Assembly (NCBI GenBank): GCA_963763095.1
Contig: CAVXNR010000006.1
Span: 5,167 to 69,166 of the forward strand
Direction of reading: 5' to 3'
Source of the DNA: Vicinamibacteria bacterium
Lineage (GTDB): Bacteria > Acidobacteriota > Vicinamibacteria > Vicinamibacterales > JAENWD01
DNA: 64,000 nt
The position numbers were made by a program, and so were the translations under genes. Position 1 is the stretch's first letter, and every line of letters begins with the position of its first letter. Of this stretch, positions 36,811-47,151 are shown piece by piece. Under the pieces are notes generated by a model that was given only the letters and a program-made list of their open reading frames with translations, made no database searches and was not told where the DNA came from.

Positions 36811-38661
36811 TCGTGATTCCGTCGGTGATGCCACAACTGAAAGCTTGAACGCCACCATCTCCTCGCCATTCCGCACGAGCAGCACGTCCCGCACCACCAC
36901 CGGGTGGTTCCACGTCTTGCCGTTCAGCGCGGGGATGCGCGCGACCTCGGTGAACTTGTCCGGTGTGGCGCTGACCAACGCCACCTCGCCTTCTTCGGAG
37001 GTGATCAGCAACAGATCCTGATCCGCGAGCAGCAGCATCTGACCGGCGCCGTATCGCCCGCCCTTCCATTTGCGGGCGCCGTCCGCGAGATCGATCGAGG
37101 AGAGGATGCTGCCGTCGAACCCGTAGGCGTAGCCCTTGTGCACGACGAAGTCGTTGAAATACGGCTTCAAGCCGCGCGTATGCCAGCGCTCTTCAACCTG
37201 CCATCGATCCGGCGCGGGGGTCAGCGCCAGCCGCCGCATGCCGGTGCCGCCCATGGCATCGCCGCCCGTGATCAGCACGTCGCCATCAGGCGTGAGCGCC
37301 GGCTGCACGATGCTCGTGGCGGGCGGCCCTCCGGTGTGGTCCCAGAGCAGCGTGCCATCCGCAGGCGCGACGCTGATCGTGCGCGCGCCGCGCATCAGGA
37401 GCACCTGGGAAACCCCGTCAATCGTCATCAGGTGCGGCGAGCTGTAACCGGAACCGCCGCTCTCACCGGCCCAGCGCCGCTGTCCGCTGGCCGCATCGTA
37501 GGCAATGAGCTGGCCGGCGACGGCGACGATCACGATGTCGTCGAGGACGAGCGGCGAGCTTGCGATGCCCCAATCAGGAATCGTCTGGTCCGTATCGGTG
37601 ACCGCATTGCGCGACCATATCCTGGCGCCGGTGCGTGCGTTCAGTGCTTTGACGATTCCGGTCGCACCCACGGCGAAGACCCGATCACCCGCGATGGTCG
37701 GCGTACCGCGCGGTCCCGCGCCGGCATTCGATTCGTAGAAACGCACCGGGTCCCGATGTCGCCAGACGGGTTCCCCGGTGGACACCCGGTAACAGGACAC
37801 CAGTTCCTCTTCGCCGCGCTGCTCCTGCGTGTAGAGCAGGTCCCCGCTCACGGCGAAGGATGACCAGCCGGGGCCGATCGGCTTGCGCCACATCTCCGCT
37901 GGCGGCGAGGCGGCCCAGTCAGTGTTGATGCGGAGGTGGCGAATGACGCTGTCGCGATTGGGACCTCGGAAGCCGGGCCATTCAGCGGCGACCACCGCCG
38001 GCCTGACAGGCGCCGGCGAGTCTTCCCTTGGTGCAGGCGGCTTGGCAGAGAGAGGCTGTTCCACTGGCACAGCCGGTGCCGGCAGTTCCGCGGCTGGTGC
38101 TGGAGCCGGTGGCGAGGGTGCCGCGAGAGGTTCAGCCTTCGCCTCCGCCAGCAATCGCTCTTCGGGCGTCGGCGCCCAGCGCCAGTGCAGCTCGGATCCC
38201 GCGCCGATGACGCCGGCCGTCCGCATGAGCGTGAACGGCACGCACGCAAGCACGATCGCCGCAACCATCGTCGTGCGGCGAATGCGGTCGGGCATCCCGT
38301 GCGTCGACACCGCCCAGACGACCAGCGCCACAGCGAGAACCGGCACGGAGTACAGGACCAGCATCATCCCCATGTGGCCGCCCCTGATCGACTCGTGCAC
38401 GAGAAGGCGGGTGGCGAACACCCCGACGATCATCAGCGCAACGGCGGCGAGCCGCTCCAGCCACGGCGCGCGGCTGAACAACAGCCACCAGAGGACGATC
38501 GCCACCGCCAGGAGGACTCCGGAGAGCATCGCGAGCACCACGAGCGGCATCTCGGCGATCTCGGCATCGGGCGCAATCAGAGGTACCAAATAGCGCGTGA
38601 TGACGAGCACGATCGCGAGGATCACGCCGGGCCGCAGGCGGAGAGGTCGAGTGAGGGTCAT
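36808..38661 (-). CDS. Membrane-anchored PQQ-like (BamB-type) beta-propeller repeat protein
   Basis: A 617-aa ORF with an N-terminal ~180 aa carrying about 5 TM helices and a Pro/Ala linker. Repeated WR..(G).SSP...GD.vy motifs follow (for example VWRHRD, IWSRNA, RWAGES, LWDHTG, KWKGGR). Confidence 0.85.
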   Translation of the reverse strand: MTLTRPLRLRPGVILAIVLVITRYLVPLIAPDAEIAEMPLVVLAMLSGVLLAVAIVLWWLLFSRAPWLERLAAVALMIVGVFATRLLVHESIRGGHMGMMLVLYSVPVLAVALVVWAVSTHGMPDRIRRTTMVAAIVLACVPFTLMRTAGVIGAGSELHWRWAPTPEERLLAEAKAEPLAAPSPPAPAPAAELPAPAVPVEQPLSAKPPAPREDSPAPVRPAVVAAEWPGFRGPNRDSVIRHLRINTDWAASPPAEMWRKPIGPGWSSFAVSGDLLYTQEQRGEEELVSCYRVSTGEPVWRHRDPVRFYESNAGAGPRGTPTIAGDRVFAVGATGIVKALNARTGARIWSRNAVTDTDQTIPDWGIASSPLVLDDIVIVAVAGQLIAYDAASGQRRWAGESGGSGYSSPHLMTIDGVSQVLLMRGARTISVAPADGTLLWDHTGGPPATSIVQPALTPDGDVLITGGDAMGGTGMRRLALTPAPDRWQVEERWHTRGLKPYFNDFVVHKGYAYGFDGSILSSIDLADGARKWKGGRYGAGQMLLLADQDLLLITSEEGEVALVSATPDKFTEVARIPALNGKTWNHPVVVRDVLLVRNGEEMVAFKLSVVASPTESR

Positions 38662-39109
38662 GACGCCACCTTCGTTAACACGGTTCCCTGTTGCTTGCTG
38701 TGATGCCGAGGGCTGGACGCAGGCGCCGCTTGCGCGGATCGCGAGTCGACGCGTGAGAGTGCAACGGAACCAACACCGTGGGAGTGACCAGGCGTTGCAC
38801 GGCGAAGGAGAGATCCGGGTCGGGCGGTCATCGTGGCTGTAGATATTCTACAGCCTGAGACGGAGAGTGCCTGCGTATTGTTCCTGGCGGCCGTGTTTCT
38901 CCCGGCCGGGATTGACGGGTACGCCGGCAGGGTACGCCGGCAGTTGCACCGCCCGGGCGGGCTGGTTTACTCTCCGAATCGGCGTTTACAGGACGCCTCC
39001 AGTCCGCGGAAAGGGCGGCGCCCACCTGTCACAGTCCTCTTGCGGTAGCGACACCGACCTTTCTTCAGCCCATGATGCGGACACGGGCGCTTGTTGAAGG
39101 AGGTCGTCC

Positions 39110-40631
39110 GTGTCAACGCCGCCACACTCGCCTCGTGTTCCCGCCAATCTCGAGCAGCAACGCAAGCTTGCCAAGGATCTGATCCGTGCGGCGCGTCACG
39201 GCGACCCAGCGGCGCTCGCGCGCATTCAGTCAGTTCGCCCCGACATCGCCGGTCCGCCGCGGTCGCTGCCGCTTGCCTGTGCGCAGCTTGCCGTGGCCCG
39301 GGAAGCGGGGTTCGAATCGTGGCCGAAGCTTGTGGCGGATCTCCAGGAACGCGACCTCAAGGCGTTCTGCGACGCCGTGCGTGGCGGCGATATTCCCGGC
39401 GTGCAACGGCTCCTCGCGTTTACACACGTCCGGAACCGGATCAACGAGCCCATGTTCGCCTTCGGCCAGCGGGCCGCGCACATCGCCGCGCAGAACGAAA
39501 CGATGCTGAGCACGCTGATCGCAGCCGGTGCAGACGTCAACCTCAAAAGCGATTGGGACAACGGCCCTTACACCATCCTCGACAACGCAGACGAGGGCAC
39601 CGCACGATTTCTGCTGGCCCGCGGGGCGACACTGACGCCCAACGTGGCAGCGCGTCTCGGCTGGCTCGACGAGCTGCGCGCCTTGGTGGACGCCAATGGA
39701 GCGTCCGTTCACGCCCGGGGAGGAGACGGTCAGCAGCCGCTCCACGAGGCGAGGACCGTCGCGATCGCCGACTTCCTGCTGGATCGCGGCGCGGGCGTGG
39801 ATGTGCGCTGTGTGGATCACAAGTCCACGCCCGCGCAGTACGCGCTCGTGGATCGACCCGATGTCTGTCGGCGTTTACTCGAGCGCGGGGCCGCGCCCGA
39901 CATCTTCATGGCCGCCCGTCTCGGGGATATCGAGCTGGCAACCCGCCTGCTCGACACCGATCCAGCCTGCCTCGCCGCTCGCGTCAACCAGCCCGGGTAT
40001 CCACCGGTCCCGCCCTTCGCTATTTACTGCTGGTCGCTCGGCGTCGGCATGTCTCCGCACGAGGTCGCGTTGAAGTTCGGCCAGCGCCGTGTCCACGATC
40101 TGCTCGTGGCCAGAAGCCCTGGGCGGATCCGATTGATGAACGCCCTCTCGAGCGCGGACGAGCACGCGGCGCAGGCTGTGCTCGCGGAGGATCCGTCGCT
40201 TCTCTCCTCTCTCACACGCCAGGAGCATGGGCATCTGGCCGCGGCGATCTTCCACGAGCGCTTCGACGCGGCCGACCTCATGCTCCGTCTCGGGTTCGAT
40301 CCGGCCGCGCCCGGTGTCGACGGCGGGACAGCACTGCACGCGGCCTGCTGGGTCGGCAATGTGCGGATGGTCGAGCGCCTCCTCGCGCGGTGGTGCCGTG
40401 CCGCTCAACGCCAGGGATCCGACCCATCAGAGCACGCCCCTCGGGTGGGCTGCGTTTGGATCCGTGCATCGCCGGGCGGCAGGCGCAGAATACGAGGCCG
40501 TCGTTGACCGGCTCGTCGCAGCGGGCGCTGACATCACCGCCGTCGGGAACGGCGAAGGTCGCACATTGCTGGCGATGGCCGACGGCAATCCGGCGGTGCA
40601 GGACGTGCTACGCAGTCACGGCGCCGCGTAA
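39110..40631 (+). CDS. Ankyrin-repeat protein; one frame break
   Basis: The GTG start follows AAGGAGG. Ankyrin-like units include GADVNLK, GATLTPN, GGDGQQPLHEA, GAGVDVRC and GGTALHAACWVGNVRMVERLLAR. The frame shifts near 40388 into ORF 40227..40631 (...PLNARDPTHQSTPLGWAAF...LVAAGADI...). Confidence 0.8.
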
Positions 40632-40686
40632 GGACTGCTCGGCCGCGCTCAGCTGAGGGCCTTCGTCCCAAGCGACAGGCCCCACC

Positions 40687-41241
40687 GTGCAACAATGCGC
40701 GTCGGAGGAGTTGCCGGTGTACAAGCGTCCGTCCATTCCGCGCGCACTCGTCGTGGCAGGATTCCTCGCCGGCACCGGAGTCCTACCCTTTGTGATGCCA
40801 CCCGCCGTGCTGCGCGCGCAGGCCGGATCCCCGCCACAGGCCGACGATTTCACAACGTTCCTGAGCAGGGTCGATGCTGCGCAGCTCGAGCTCCAGAACG
40901 GCCGCCCGGCCGCCTTCAAGGCGCTGTGGTCTCAGGCAGACGAGGTGACGCTGTCCGGCGGGTTCGGCGGCACGATCGAGAGGGGCTGGCCCGCGATCAG
41001 CAGCCGCCTCGATTGGGTTGGCACACGCTTCTCGAATGGGACAAATCGCATCGAGCGCATCGTCACCCGCGTGAGCGGCGAGCTCGGCTACGTGGTTCAA
41101 GCCGAGCACCTGCGGTACCGGGTGCCGGGAGAGACGAGTGACTCCACGCGCGAATACCGGGTGACGATGATCTTCCGGCGCGAAGCCGGGGAGTGGCGAA
41201 TCGTCCACCGGCAGGCGGACTCCCAGCTCACGAGGCAATAA
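40687..41241 (+). CDS. SnoaL-like/DUF4440 (NTF2-fold) protein, probably secreted
   Basis: A 184-aa ORF with an N-terminal hydrophobic segment. The core reads ...LWSQADEVTLSGGFGG...GYVVQAEHLRYRVPGE...YRVTMIFRREAGEWRIVHRQAD, which fits the NTF2-like pattern. Confidence 0.7.
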   Translation: MQQCASEELPVYKRPSIPRALVVAGFLAGTGVLPFVMPPAVLRAQAGSPPQADDFTTFLSRVDAAQLELQNGRPAAFKALWSQADEVTLSGGFGGTIERGWPAISSRLDWVGTRFSNGTNRIERIVTRVSGELGYVVQAEHLRYRVPGETSDSTREYRVTMIFRREAGEWRIVHRQADSQLTRQ

Positions 41242-41288
41242 TCCCGCGAGCGTCTGAACCCGCCCGCCTGCCACGACGTCCAGACCGC

Positions 41289-42191
41289 ATGCTGCCACCC
41301 ATCCACCGCTGGGACCAGGTCGAGAAGCCTCGGGCCTCCGTGCACATCGTGCATGGCATGGTGGAACACGCGGGGCGCTACGCTCGCTTCGCGCGCGCCC
41401 TGAACAGCGCCGGGGTCAGCGTGTGGGGACACGACGCTCGCGGGCACGGCACCAACCCGGTACCCGGGATTCCCGGTCACTTCGCCGACTCGAACGGCTG
41501 GACGGCCGTGCTCGACGACATCCGCGCCGTCTCCAGGAAAATGGCCGCGACGTTCCCGCACGTGCCGCTCCTGCTGTTCGCCCACTCGATGGGGTCGTTC
41601 ATGGCGCAGGCGGTCATCGGCGACCAGGACGGACCGTATCGTGGCGTCGTGCTCTCGGGCACCAATGGTCCCCCTGGGGCGCTGGAGAAGGCTACGCGTC
41701 CCGTCGCGCAACTCCAGAAACAGGTGCTCGGGCCACGCAGGCCCGGAACATGGCTCAAGCAGATCGTCTTCGGCAACTACAATCGGCGCTTCGCGCCGAA
41801 CCGCACGGGGTTCGACTGGCTCTCGCGGGATGCGGCGGAAGTCGACAAGTACCGGGACGATCCGCTTTGCGGGTTCGCGCTGACCGCCCAGGCGTGGGTG
41901 GACTTCCTCGAGGGCAAGGCCATCCTGGGATCGGCCTCGCACCTGCAGCGTGTGCCGAAGACACTGCCAATCCACGTCATTGCAGGCACGCGCGATCCCG
42001 TCGGTGAAGATGTGAAAGGCGTCGAACGGCTGCTCGGCGCCTTCGCGGGCGCCGGGCTGGCGCGCATCACCCACAAGTTCTACGACGGCGCGCGCCATGA
42101 GCTGCTGAACGAGACGAACAGGGATGAGGTGACGCGCGACCTGATCGCGTGGGTGGACCAGGTGCTTCTGGCACAGCCCCCGGAGGTATGA
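41289..42191 (+). CDS. Alpha/beta hydrolase (lysophospholipase/monoglyceride-lipase type)
   Basis: Its motifs are HIVHGMVEHAGRYARFA, the nucleophile elbow AHSMGS, and a C-terminal GTRDPV...GARHELLNE. The start is taken at the ATG at 41289. Confidence 0.85.
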   Translation: MLPPIHRWDQVEKPRASVHIVHGMVEHAGRYARFARALNSAGVSVWGHDARGHGTNPVPGIPGHFADSNGWTAVLDDIRAVSRKMAATFPHVPLLLFAHSMGSFMAQAVIGDQDGPYRGVVLSGTNGPPGALEKATRPVAQLQKQVLGPRRPGTWLKQIVFGNYNRRFAPNRTGFDWLSRDAAEVDKYRDDPLCGFALTAQAWVDFLEGKAILGSASHLQRVPKTLPIHVIAGTRDPVGEDVKGVERLLGAFAGAGLARITHKFYDGARHELLNETNRDEVTRDLIAWVDQVLLAQPPEV

Positions 42192-42203
42192 TCGACCTTT
42201 CGC

Positions 42204-44588
42204 GTGGCGGACAAGCAGAACGAGAACACATCGAAGACTGGTTTCCGGGGCCTCTACGAACGGCTGACCGGTGCGCCGGCTCCCCGTCCGCCTGCCGACA
42301 TTCCGAACAGTGGTCCCGGCGCGGACGGTCCGTCGCGTATTGGCCGCTATGCCATCCACCGCAAGCTGGGCGAAGGCGGGATGGGCATCGTCTACGCGGC
42401 GCATGACGATCGGCTCGAACGCACGATTGCCCTCAAGACGCTGACGGCACCTCCCGACGACCCCAGCGCTCGGCAGCGCCTGTGGCGGGAAGCCCGGGCG
42501 GCGGCAAGCGTGAACCATCCGAACATCTGCCAGATCTACGAAGTGGGCGAAGACGGCGGACGCCTGTTCATCGCGATGGAGCTCCTCGAAGGAGAAGCGC
42601 TGGCGGAGCGGCTCCGGCACGGCCCATTGAGCACGGCGGAGGCGGTCCCGATCGCCCTCGGCATACTGGCGGCACTGGCCGCGCTGCACGCCCGCGGGAT
42701 CGTGCATCGCGACCTGAAGCCGTCCAACGTGTTCCTGACCGCCCACGGGGTGAAGCTGCTGGATTTCGGCCTCGCGCGGCTGGAGCTGGGTGAAGCGCTC
42801 GGCGCGACGGCGGGGCTGACGCGCACCGGGGTCGTGATGGGCACGCCTCGCTACATGGCTCCCGAGCAGGTTGCGGGGGAGGCCATCGACGCGCGCACGG
42901 ACCTCTTCGCCGCGGGTGCCATCCTCTTCGAGATGCTAGCGGGACGTCCCGCCTTCAGCGGCCGCACGATCCTGGAGGTCCTGCACGCGACGCAGTACGA
43001 GCAGCCGCCCGCACTCACGGGTTCGCCTGCGATCGCGGCCGTGGACCGCCTGATTCGCCGGGCGATGGCGAAACGGCCGGCGGAGCGGCCGGCGTCGGCG
43101 GACGCCATGGCCGAGGAGCTCCGGTCGATCAGCGGGGTACAGAGCGGCGCCGCGCCGGCGCTTGCGCACGCGTTCACCCGCCTCGTCGTCCTGCCCTTCC
43201 GCGTCCTGCGAGCGGATCCCGAGACAGACTTTCTCGCGTTCAGCCTGTCCGACGCCATCGCCACGTCCATGTCGGCGAACGGATCGCTGATCGTGCGCTC
43301 GAGCGTGGTCGCGGCGCGGTTCGCCGCGGACGCACCGGACCTCAAGGCACTCGCTGCGGAGGCCGACGTCGATCGCGTGATCATGGGGACCATTCTGCGC
43401 GCCGGGGATCAGTTGCGCACCACCGCACAGCTGATCGAAGCGCCGGGCGGCACGCTGCTGACCGCGCACACCGTGCAATCGTCGTTGGGGGACCTGTTCC
43501 GCCTGCAGGACGATATCGCACAGCGGATGTCTGAGGTGCTCGCGGTGCCGCTGTCGGACAGCACGAGCTCACCGACTCCAGACGCGCCGCACAACCCGCG
43601 AGCGTACGAGCTCTACCTGCGGGCCAACGAGCTCGCGCGTACCTACGACGGGCTGCCGCGCGCACGCGACCTGTACCAGCACTGCCTCGATCTCGACCCG
43701 CGATTCGCGCCCGCGTGGGCTCATCTCGGGCGGTGTCACCGCGTGATCGGCAAGTACATCGAGGAAACGCCAGACAGCGACGTCCGCGCCGAGGAGGCCT
43801 TCCGCCGGGCGCTCGCGCTCAACCCGCGGCTGTCGGTCGCCCACAAGTTCTACGCCAACCTCGAGGCTGACATCGGTCAGGCACAGGCCGCCGTCGTACG
43901 CCTGGTGGGTGAAGCCGCCCGCCACGGCAACGATCCTGAGCTGTTTGCCGGCCTCGTCCACGCCTGCCGGTATTGCGGCCTCAACGAGGAATCCCTGGCT
44001 GCGCACGCGGAGGCGCGGCGGCTCGATCCGAATGTGCCGACAAGCTTCGAGCAGACGCTCTTGATGGCTGGCCAGATCGATCGGCTCATCACGGCCGATT
44101 CTCCGCGCGTGATTGCCGGCGCCGACGATGGCATCCGGGTGATCGGGCTGGGCCTGGCCGGCCGGCGTGACGAGGCGCGTGCCCTGCTGATCCGGATGGG
44201 TGAGACGTCGCGCATCCCGCTGTTTCGTGCGTGGATAGAGTACCTGACTGCCTGGCTGGAACGCCGCGGCGGGGACATGCTCGACGAAGTGACGGCGCTC
44301 CGCACGTTGAAAATCGAAGACGACCCCGAAGCGATCTTCCAGTTCGGATGGCTGCTGTGCGACGTGGGAGAGTATGCGGCCGGACTCGCCCATCTTCAGC
44401 GCGCGGTTCAGAAAGGCTACTCCGTGGTCGCCACGCTGTCGGGGAGCCGCCAGTTCGATGCGGTACGGAGCACGCCCGCGTTCGCCGCGCTGCTGGACGA
44501 AGCGGAAGCGGGCCGCGCGCGAGCACGCGCGGCGTTCCGCGACGCGGGTGGAGACCGGCTCATGGGGCTGATACCGCGTGAGCCATGA
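42204..44588 (+). CDS. Ser/Thr protein kinase with TolB_N-like module and TPR-like C-terminus
   Basis: The kinase motifs are GEGGMGIVYAA, HRDLKPSN and DFGLAR. TRLVVLPFRVLRADPE and helical repeats follow. The architecture matches 20766..23297, but no sigma gene lies upstream. Confidence 0.9.
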   Translation: MADKQNENTSKTGFRGLYERLTGAPAPRPPADIPNSGPGADGPSRIGRYAIHRKLGEGGMGIVYAAHDDRLERTIALKTLTAPPDDPSARQRLWREARAAASVNHPNICQIYEVGEDGGRLFIAMELLEGEALAERLRHGPLSTAEAVPIALGILAALAALHARGIVHRDLKPSNVFLTAHGVKLLDFGLARLELGEALGATAGLTRTGVVMGTPRYMAPEQVAGEAIDARTDLFAAGAILFEMLAGRPAFSGRTILEVLHATQYEQPPALTGSPAIAAVDRLIRRAMAKRPAERPASADAMAEELRSISGVQSGAAPALAHAFTRLVVLPFRVLRADPETDFLAFSLSDAIATSMSANGSLIVRSSVVAARFAADAPDLKALAAEADVDRVIMGTILRAGDQLRTTAQLIEAPGGTLLTAHTVQSSLGDLFRLQDDIAQRMSEVLAVPLSDSTSSPTPDAPHNPRAYELYLRANELARTYDGLPRARDLYQHCLDLDPRFAPAWAHLGRCHRVIGKYIEETPDSDVRAEEAFRRALALNPRLSVAHKFYANLEADIGQAQAAVVRLVGEAARHGNDPELFAGLVHACRYCGLNEESLAAHAEARRLDPNVPTSFEQTLLMAGQIDRLITADSPRVIAGADDGIRVIGLGLAGRRDEARALLIRMGETSRIPLFRAWIEYLTAWLERRGGDMLDEVTALRTLKIEDDPEAIFQFGWLLCDVGEYAAGLAHLQRAVQKGYSVVATLSGSRQFDAVRSTPAFAALLDEAEAGRARARAAFRDAGGDRLMGLIPREP

Positions 44589-45043
44589 AGACTCTCGCAC
44601 ACGAGCAATGCAGAGCGGAGCTGCTCCGCCGGCTGGCGACGGTACGTCCCGAGAGCGCTGCGCGGTGGGGGCGGATGTCATCGCACCAGATGCTCTGCCA
44701 TCTGAGCGACGCGTGCAGGGTGGCGCTTGGCGAGCAGCGGGTCAGCCCGGCAAGCGGATTGCTGCAGCGCACGGTCGTCAAATGGATTGCGCTGTATGCG
44801 CCGATGCGATGGCCACCCGGGATCCCGACGCGCCCGGAGATCGATCAGTACTGCAATGGCACCCGGCCGGCAGACTTTCATGCAGACGTAGCGCAGGTGG
44901 CGATACTCCTCGGTCGGATCGCCGCACGACCGGCGGATCGCGCGTGGCCGGCACACCCGATTTTCGGCAGGATGTCGTCTGGCGCGTGGCTCCGGTGGGC
45001 GTACCTGCACACCGATCATCACCTGCGCCAGTTCGGCGCCTGA
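44585..45043 (+). CDS. DinB-like/DUF1569 four-helix-bundle protein
   Basis: A 152-aa ORF whose ATG overlaps the kinase TGA (ATGA). Its motifs are RWGRMSSHQMLCHLSD, HPIFGRMS and LHTDHHLRQFG. Confidence 0.75.
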   Translation: MKTLAHEQCRAELLRRLATVRPESAARWGRMSSHQMLCHLSDACRVALGEQRVSPASGLLQRTVVKWIALYAPMRWPPGIPTRPEIDQYCNGTRPADFHADVAQVAILLGRIAARPADRAWPAHPIFGRMSSGAWLRWAYLHTDHHLRQFGA

Positions 45044-45106
45044 GGAGTGGCGTACGTCACGTGCCGACGATGTGTCGTGCACGGACGCTGGCGGGAGGGC
45101 TTCAAG

Positions 45107-45589
45107 ATGGATGCGCTGCACTCGTCGCTTGCACAGCTCTTTGCCGAGCTGACCGACGGACCCGCCCCTGATGCAGCCTACATGCTGAACGGTGGCGACC
45201 CCGGGCTGATCCGATCGCTCGACGGTCTCTCGGCCGAAGCGGCGTCGAAGCGATCGGCAGCAGGCACTGCGTCCATCGCCGCCCATGTAGACCACGTCTG
45301 CTACGGCCTCGACCTCATGAACCGCTGGAGCGACGGGGAGCCGAACCCGTGGGGCACCGCTGACTGGAGCGCCAGCTGGCAGCGCGGCACGGTCACCAAA
45401 CCCGAGTGGGATGCGCTGCGAGAGCGGCTCCGACAGAGCACACGACGCTGGCGTGCTGCACTTGAAACGCCGCGCGAGCTGTCCCCCATGGAACTGAACG
45501 GCGTGATCGGGAGCATCGCGCACCTGGCGTATCACCTGGGCGCCATCCGGCAGATCGACCGGTCCATCCAGGGACCGAAGGCGGTCTGA
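45107..45589 (+). CDS. DinB-superfamily protein
   Basis: The start is taken at MDALHSSL. It shows the His triad pattern (AAHVDHV, IAHLAYHLGAIRQ). Confidence 0.7.
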   Translation: MDALHSSLAQLFAELTDGPAPDAAYMLNGGDPGLIRSLDGLSAEAASKRSAAGTASIAAHVDHVCYGLDLMNRWSDGEPNPWGTADWSASWQRGTVTKPEWDALRERLRQSTRRWRAALETPRELSPMELNGVIGSIAHLAYHLGAIRQIDRSIQGPKAV

Positions 45590-45763
45590 CGTGCAGCCGA
45601 TCGCGTCGGGCATTCCGGCCGCCATTCCTCCTCGTCCCCGGGCAAGCTGACTTCCCCTGCTGGGGATCGCTGCCCTCCTCTCTGAGCCACTCAGCGGCAG
45701 GACCACGCATCTCCAGGCAAGGGGTCGCACATCGATACTGGCGTGCGCGGCCTCTGAAGGAGG

Positions 45764-46477
45764 ATGGAGTTGCCCGGCCTCACCGCGTCGCGGATTCCCG
45801 CAGGAACGACCCACACGCGCCACCATGCGAGCGTGCTCGCCGACGCCGAGCGGCGGGTGCTCGTCTGGCTCGCCATGCGGCTGCCGCCGCAGGTGACGTC
45901 CGACGGCCTGACGTTTCTCGGCGCCGCCGGCATGCTGGGCGCGGGCTGCGCGCTGGCCGCCGCCTCGCACTCGCGGGTGTGGCTGGCGCTCGTCCCGGTG
46001 TTCCTGGCGATCAACTGGTTCGGCGACAGCCTCGACGGCACCCTGGCTCGGGTGCGCAACGCACAGCGTCCCCGTTATGGCTACTACCTCGATCACGTCG
46101 TCGATCTGGTGAACGCGCTCGTGCTGTTCGCCGGCCTCGGCGTGTCCGGCATTGCCAGTCCCCTCGTCGCCGCCGGTCTGCTCGCGGCGTATCTGCTGCT
46201 GGCTGCCGAGAGCTTCCTCGCCACCCACACCCTCGGGGTGTTCCGCATCTCTTTTGCGGGATTCGGGCCGACCGAGCTGCGCATCCTGCTGTCTATGGGC
46301 GCGCTCGCCGCCATCGGACGGCCCATCGTGACGCCGTTCGGCCTGGGCGAGGTCAGGTTGTGGGACGTCGGCGGTCTGTGCGGGATCGTGGGGATGACGA
46401 TGGTGTTCGCGATCAACGGGGTACGCAACGCCCGCGCGCTGTCGTCGGCAGACCCGATGCCGGGCGGCCGCTCGTGA
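45764..46477 (+). CDS. CDP-alcohol phosphatidyltransferase-family protein
   Basis: The signature NWFGDSLDGTLARV...GYYLDHVVD matches D(x)2DG(x)2AR...D(x)3D. Several TM helices are present. The start could instead be the TTG at 45770. Confidence 0.85.
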   Translation: MELPGLTASRIPAGTTHTRHHASVLADAERRVLVWLAMRLPPQVTSDGLTFLGAAGMLGAGCALAAASHSRVWLALVPVFLAINWFGDSLDGTLARVRNAQRPRYGYYLDHVVDLVNALVLFAGLGVSGIASPLVAAGLLAAYLLLAAESFLATHTLGVFRISFAGFGPTELRILLSMGALAAIGRPIVTPFGLGEVRLWDVGGLCGIVGMTMVFAINGVRNARALSSADPMPGGRS

Positions 46478-46519
46478 GACCGCGGGTGGGGCCTGCCGCG
46501 GTGGGCGGCCTTCGCCGGC

Positions 46520-47032
46520 GTGGGAATCATGGGCTTCGGGATTCAGCTCGCCGCACTGCAGCTGCTCACGGCGACGGCGGGCCTCGCGACGGCTCGTGCG
46601 ACAGCCATCGCGGTGGAGGCCGCGGTGCTCCATAACTTCGTCTGGCACGAGCGCTGGACGTGGCGAGATCGCGCGGGTGGCGGCCCGGCGCACCTCCTCG
46701 GGCGCCTCGCGCGCTTCCACGCGGGCGCCGGGATCGTGTCGCTCGCGGGCAATGTCGCGATCACGGTAGCGCTCGTCGAATGGCTGCACATGCCGGCCGC
46801 TGTCGCGAACACGTGCGCAGTCGGCGTCCTGAGTGCGCTGAACTTTCGCCTGGCGGACGGGTGGGTATTTTCTGGGCGCCGCAATTCCCACCCGGACATG
46901 ACAACACTTCATGCGCAGGCCCGAGGTACGGGTCTGAAGCGCTGGCTGCTGGAGCCGGCGCAACTCCAGAGCTCTGGAGAGCAGGGATCGCCGACGACTG
47001 GAGGAAGTCAATCCCTGCTCCTCGAACCGTGA
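46520..47032 (+). CDS. GtrA-like membrane protein
   Basis: It reads FGIQLAALQLLT...AIAVEAAVLHNFVWHERWTW...ALNFRLADGWVF. It is in the same frame as the preceding gene, directly after its stop. The start is a GTG at 46520 or slightly upstream. Confidence 0.75.
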   Translation: MGIMGFGIQLAALQLLTATAGLATARATAIAVEAAVLHNFVWHERWTWRDRAGGGPAHLLGRLARFHAGAGIVSLAGNVAITVALVEWLHMPAAVANTCAVGVLSALNFRLADGWVFSGRRNSHPDMTTLHAQARGTGLKRWLLEPAQLQSSGEQGSPTTGGSQSLLLEP

Positions 47033-47151
47033 AGCTCGTTGACGCGATTGAACGGGTCTCGGCGGATCTGACGGTGCCGGCCGCGACATGAGCGGACGAG
47101 CCCGGCATGCGCGTCTGGACCAGACATCGCGCCATCGTGGAATACTGGTGC

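Noticed and set aside
38950-39040. SRP-RNA-like fragments (GUUUAC...CAGG...CCGCGGAAAGGGCGG) in the PQQ/ankyrin intergenic region.
   Set aside because: I could not fold the conserved helix-8 features by hand: the GGAA tetraloop closed by C-G and the AGCA on the 3' side. The resemblance is limited to short strings.
44678-47089. An 803-aa reverse-strand ORF, the longest ORF in this part of the track.
   Set aside because: It runs antisense across five well-supported forward-strand genes (DinB-like x2, CDP-alcohol transferase, GtrA, start of the BNR protein). Its product is Arg/Pro/Gly/Ala-rich low-complexity sequence with no motifs. This is a typical high-GC antisense artefact.
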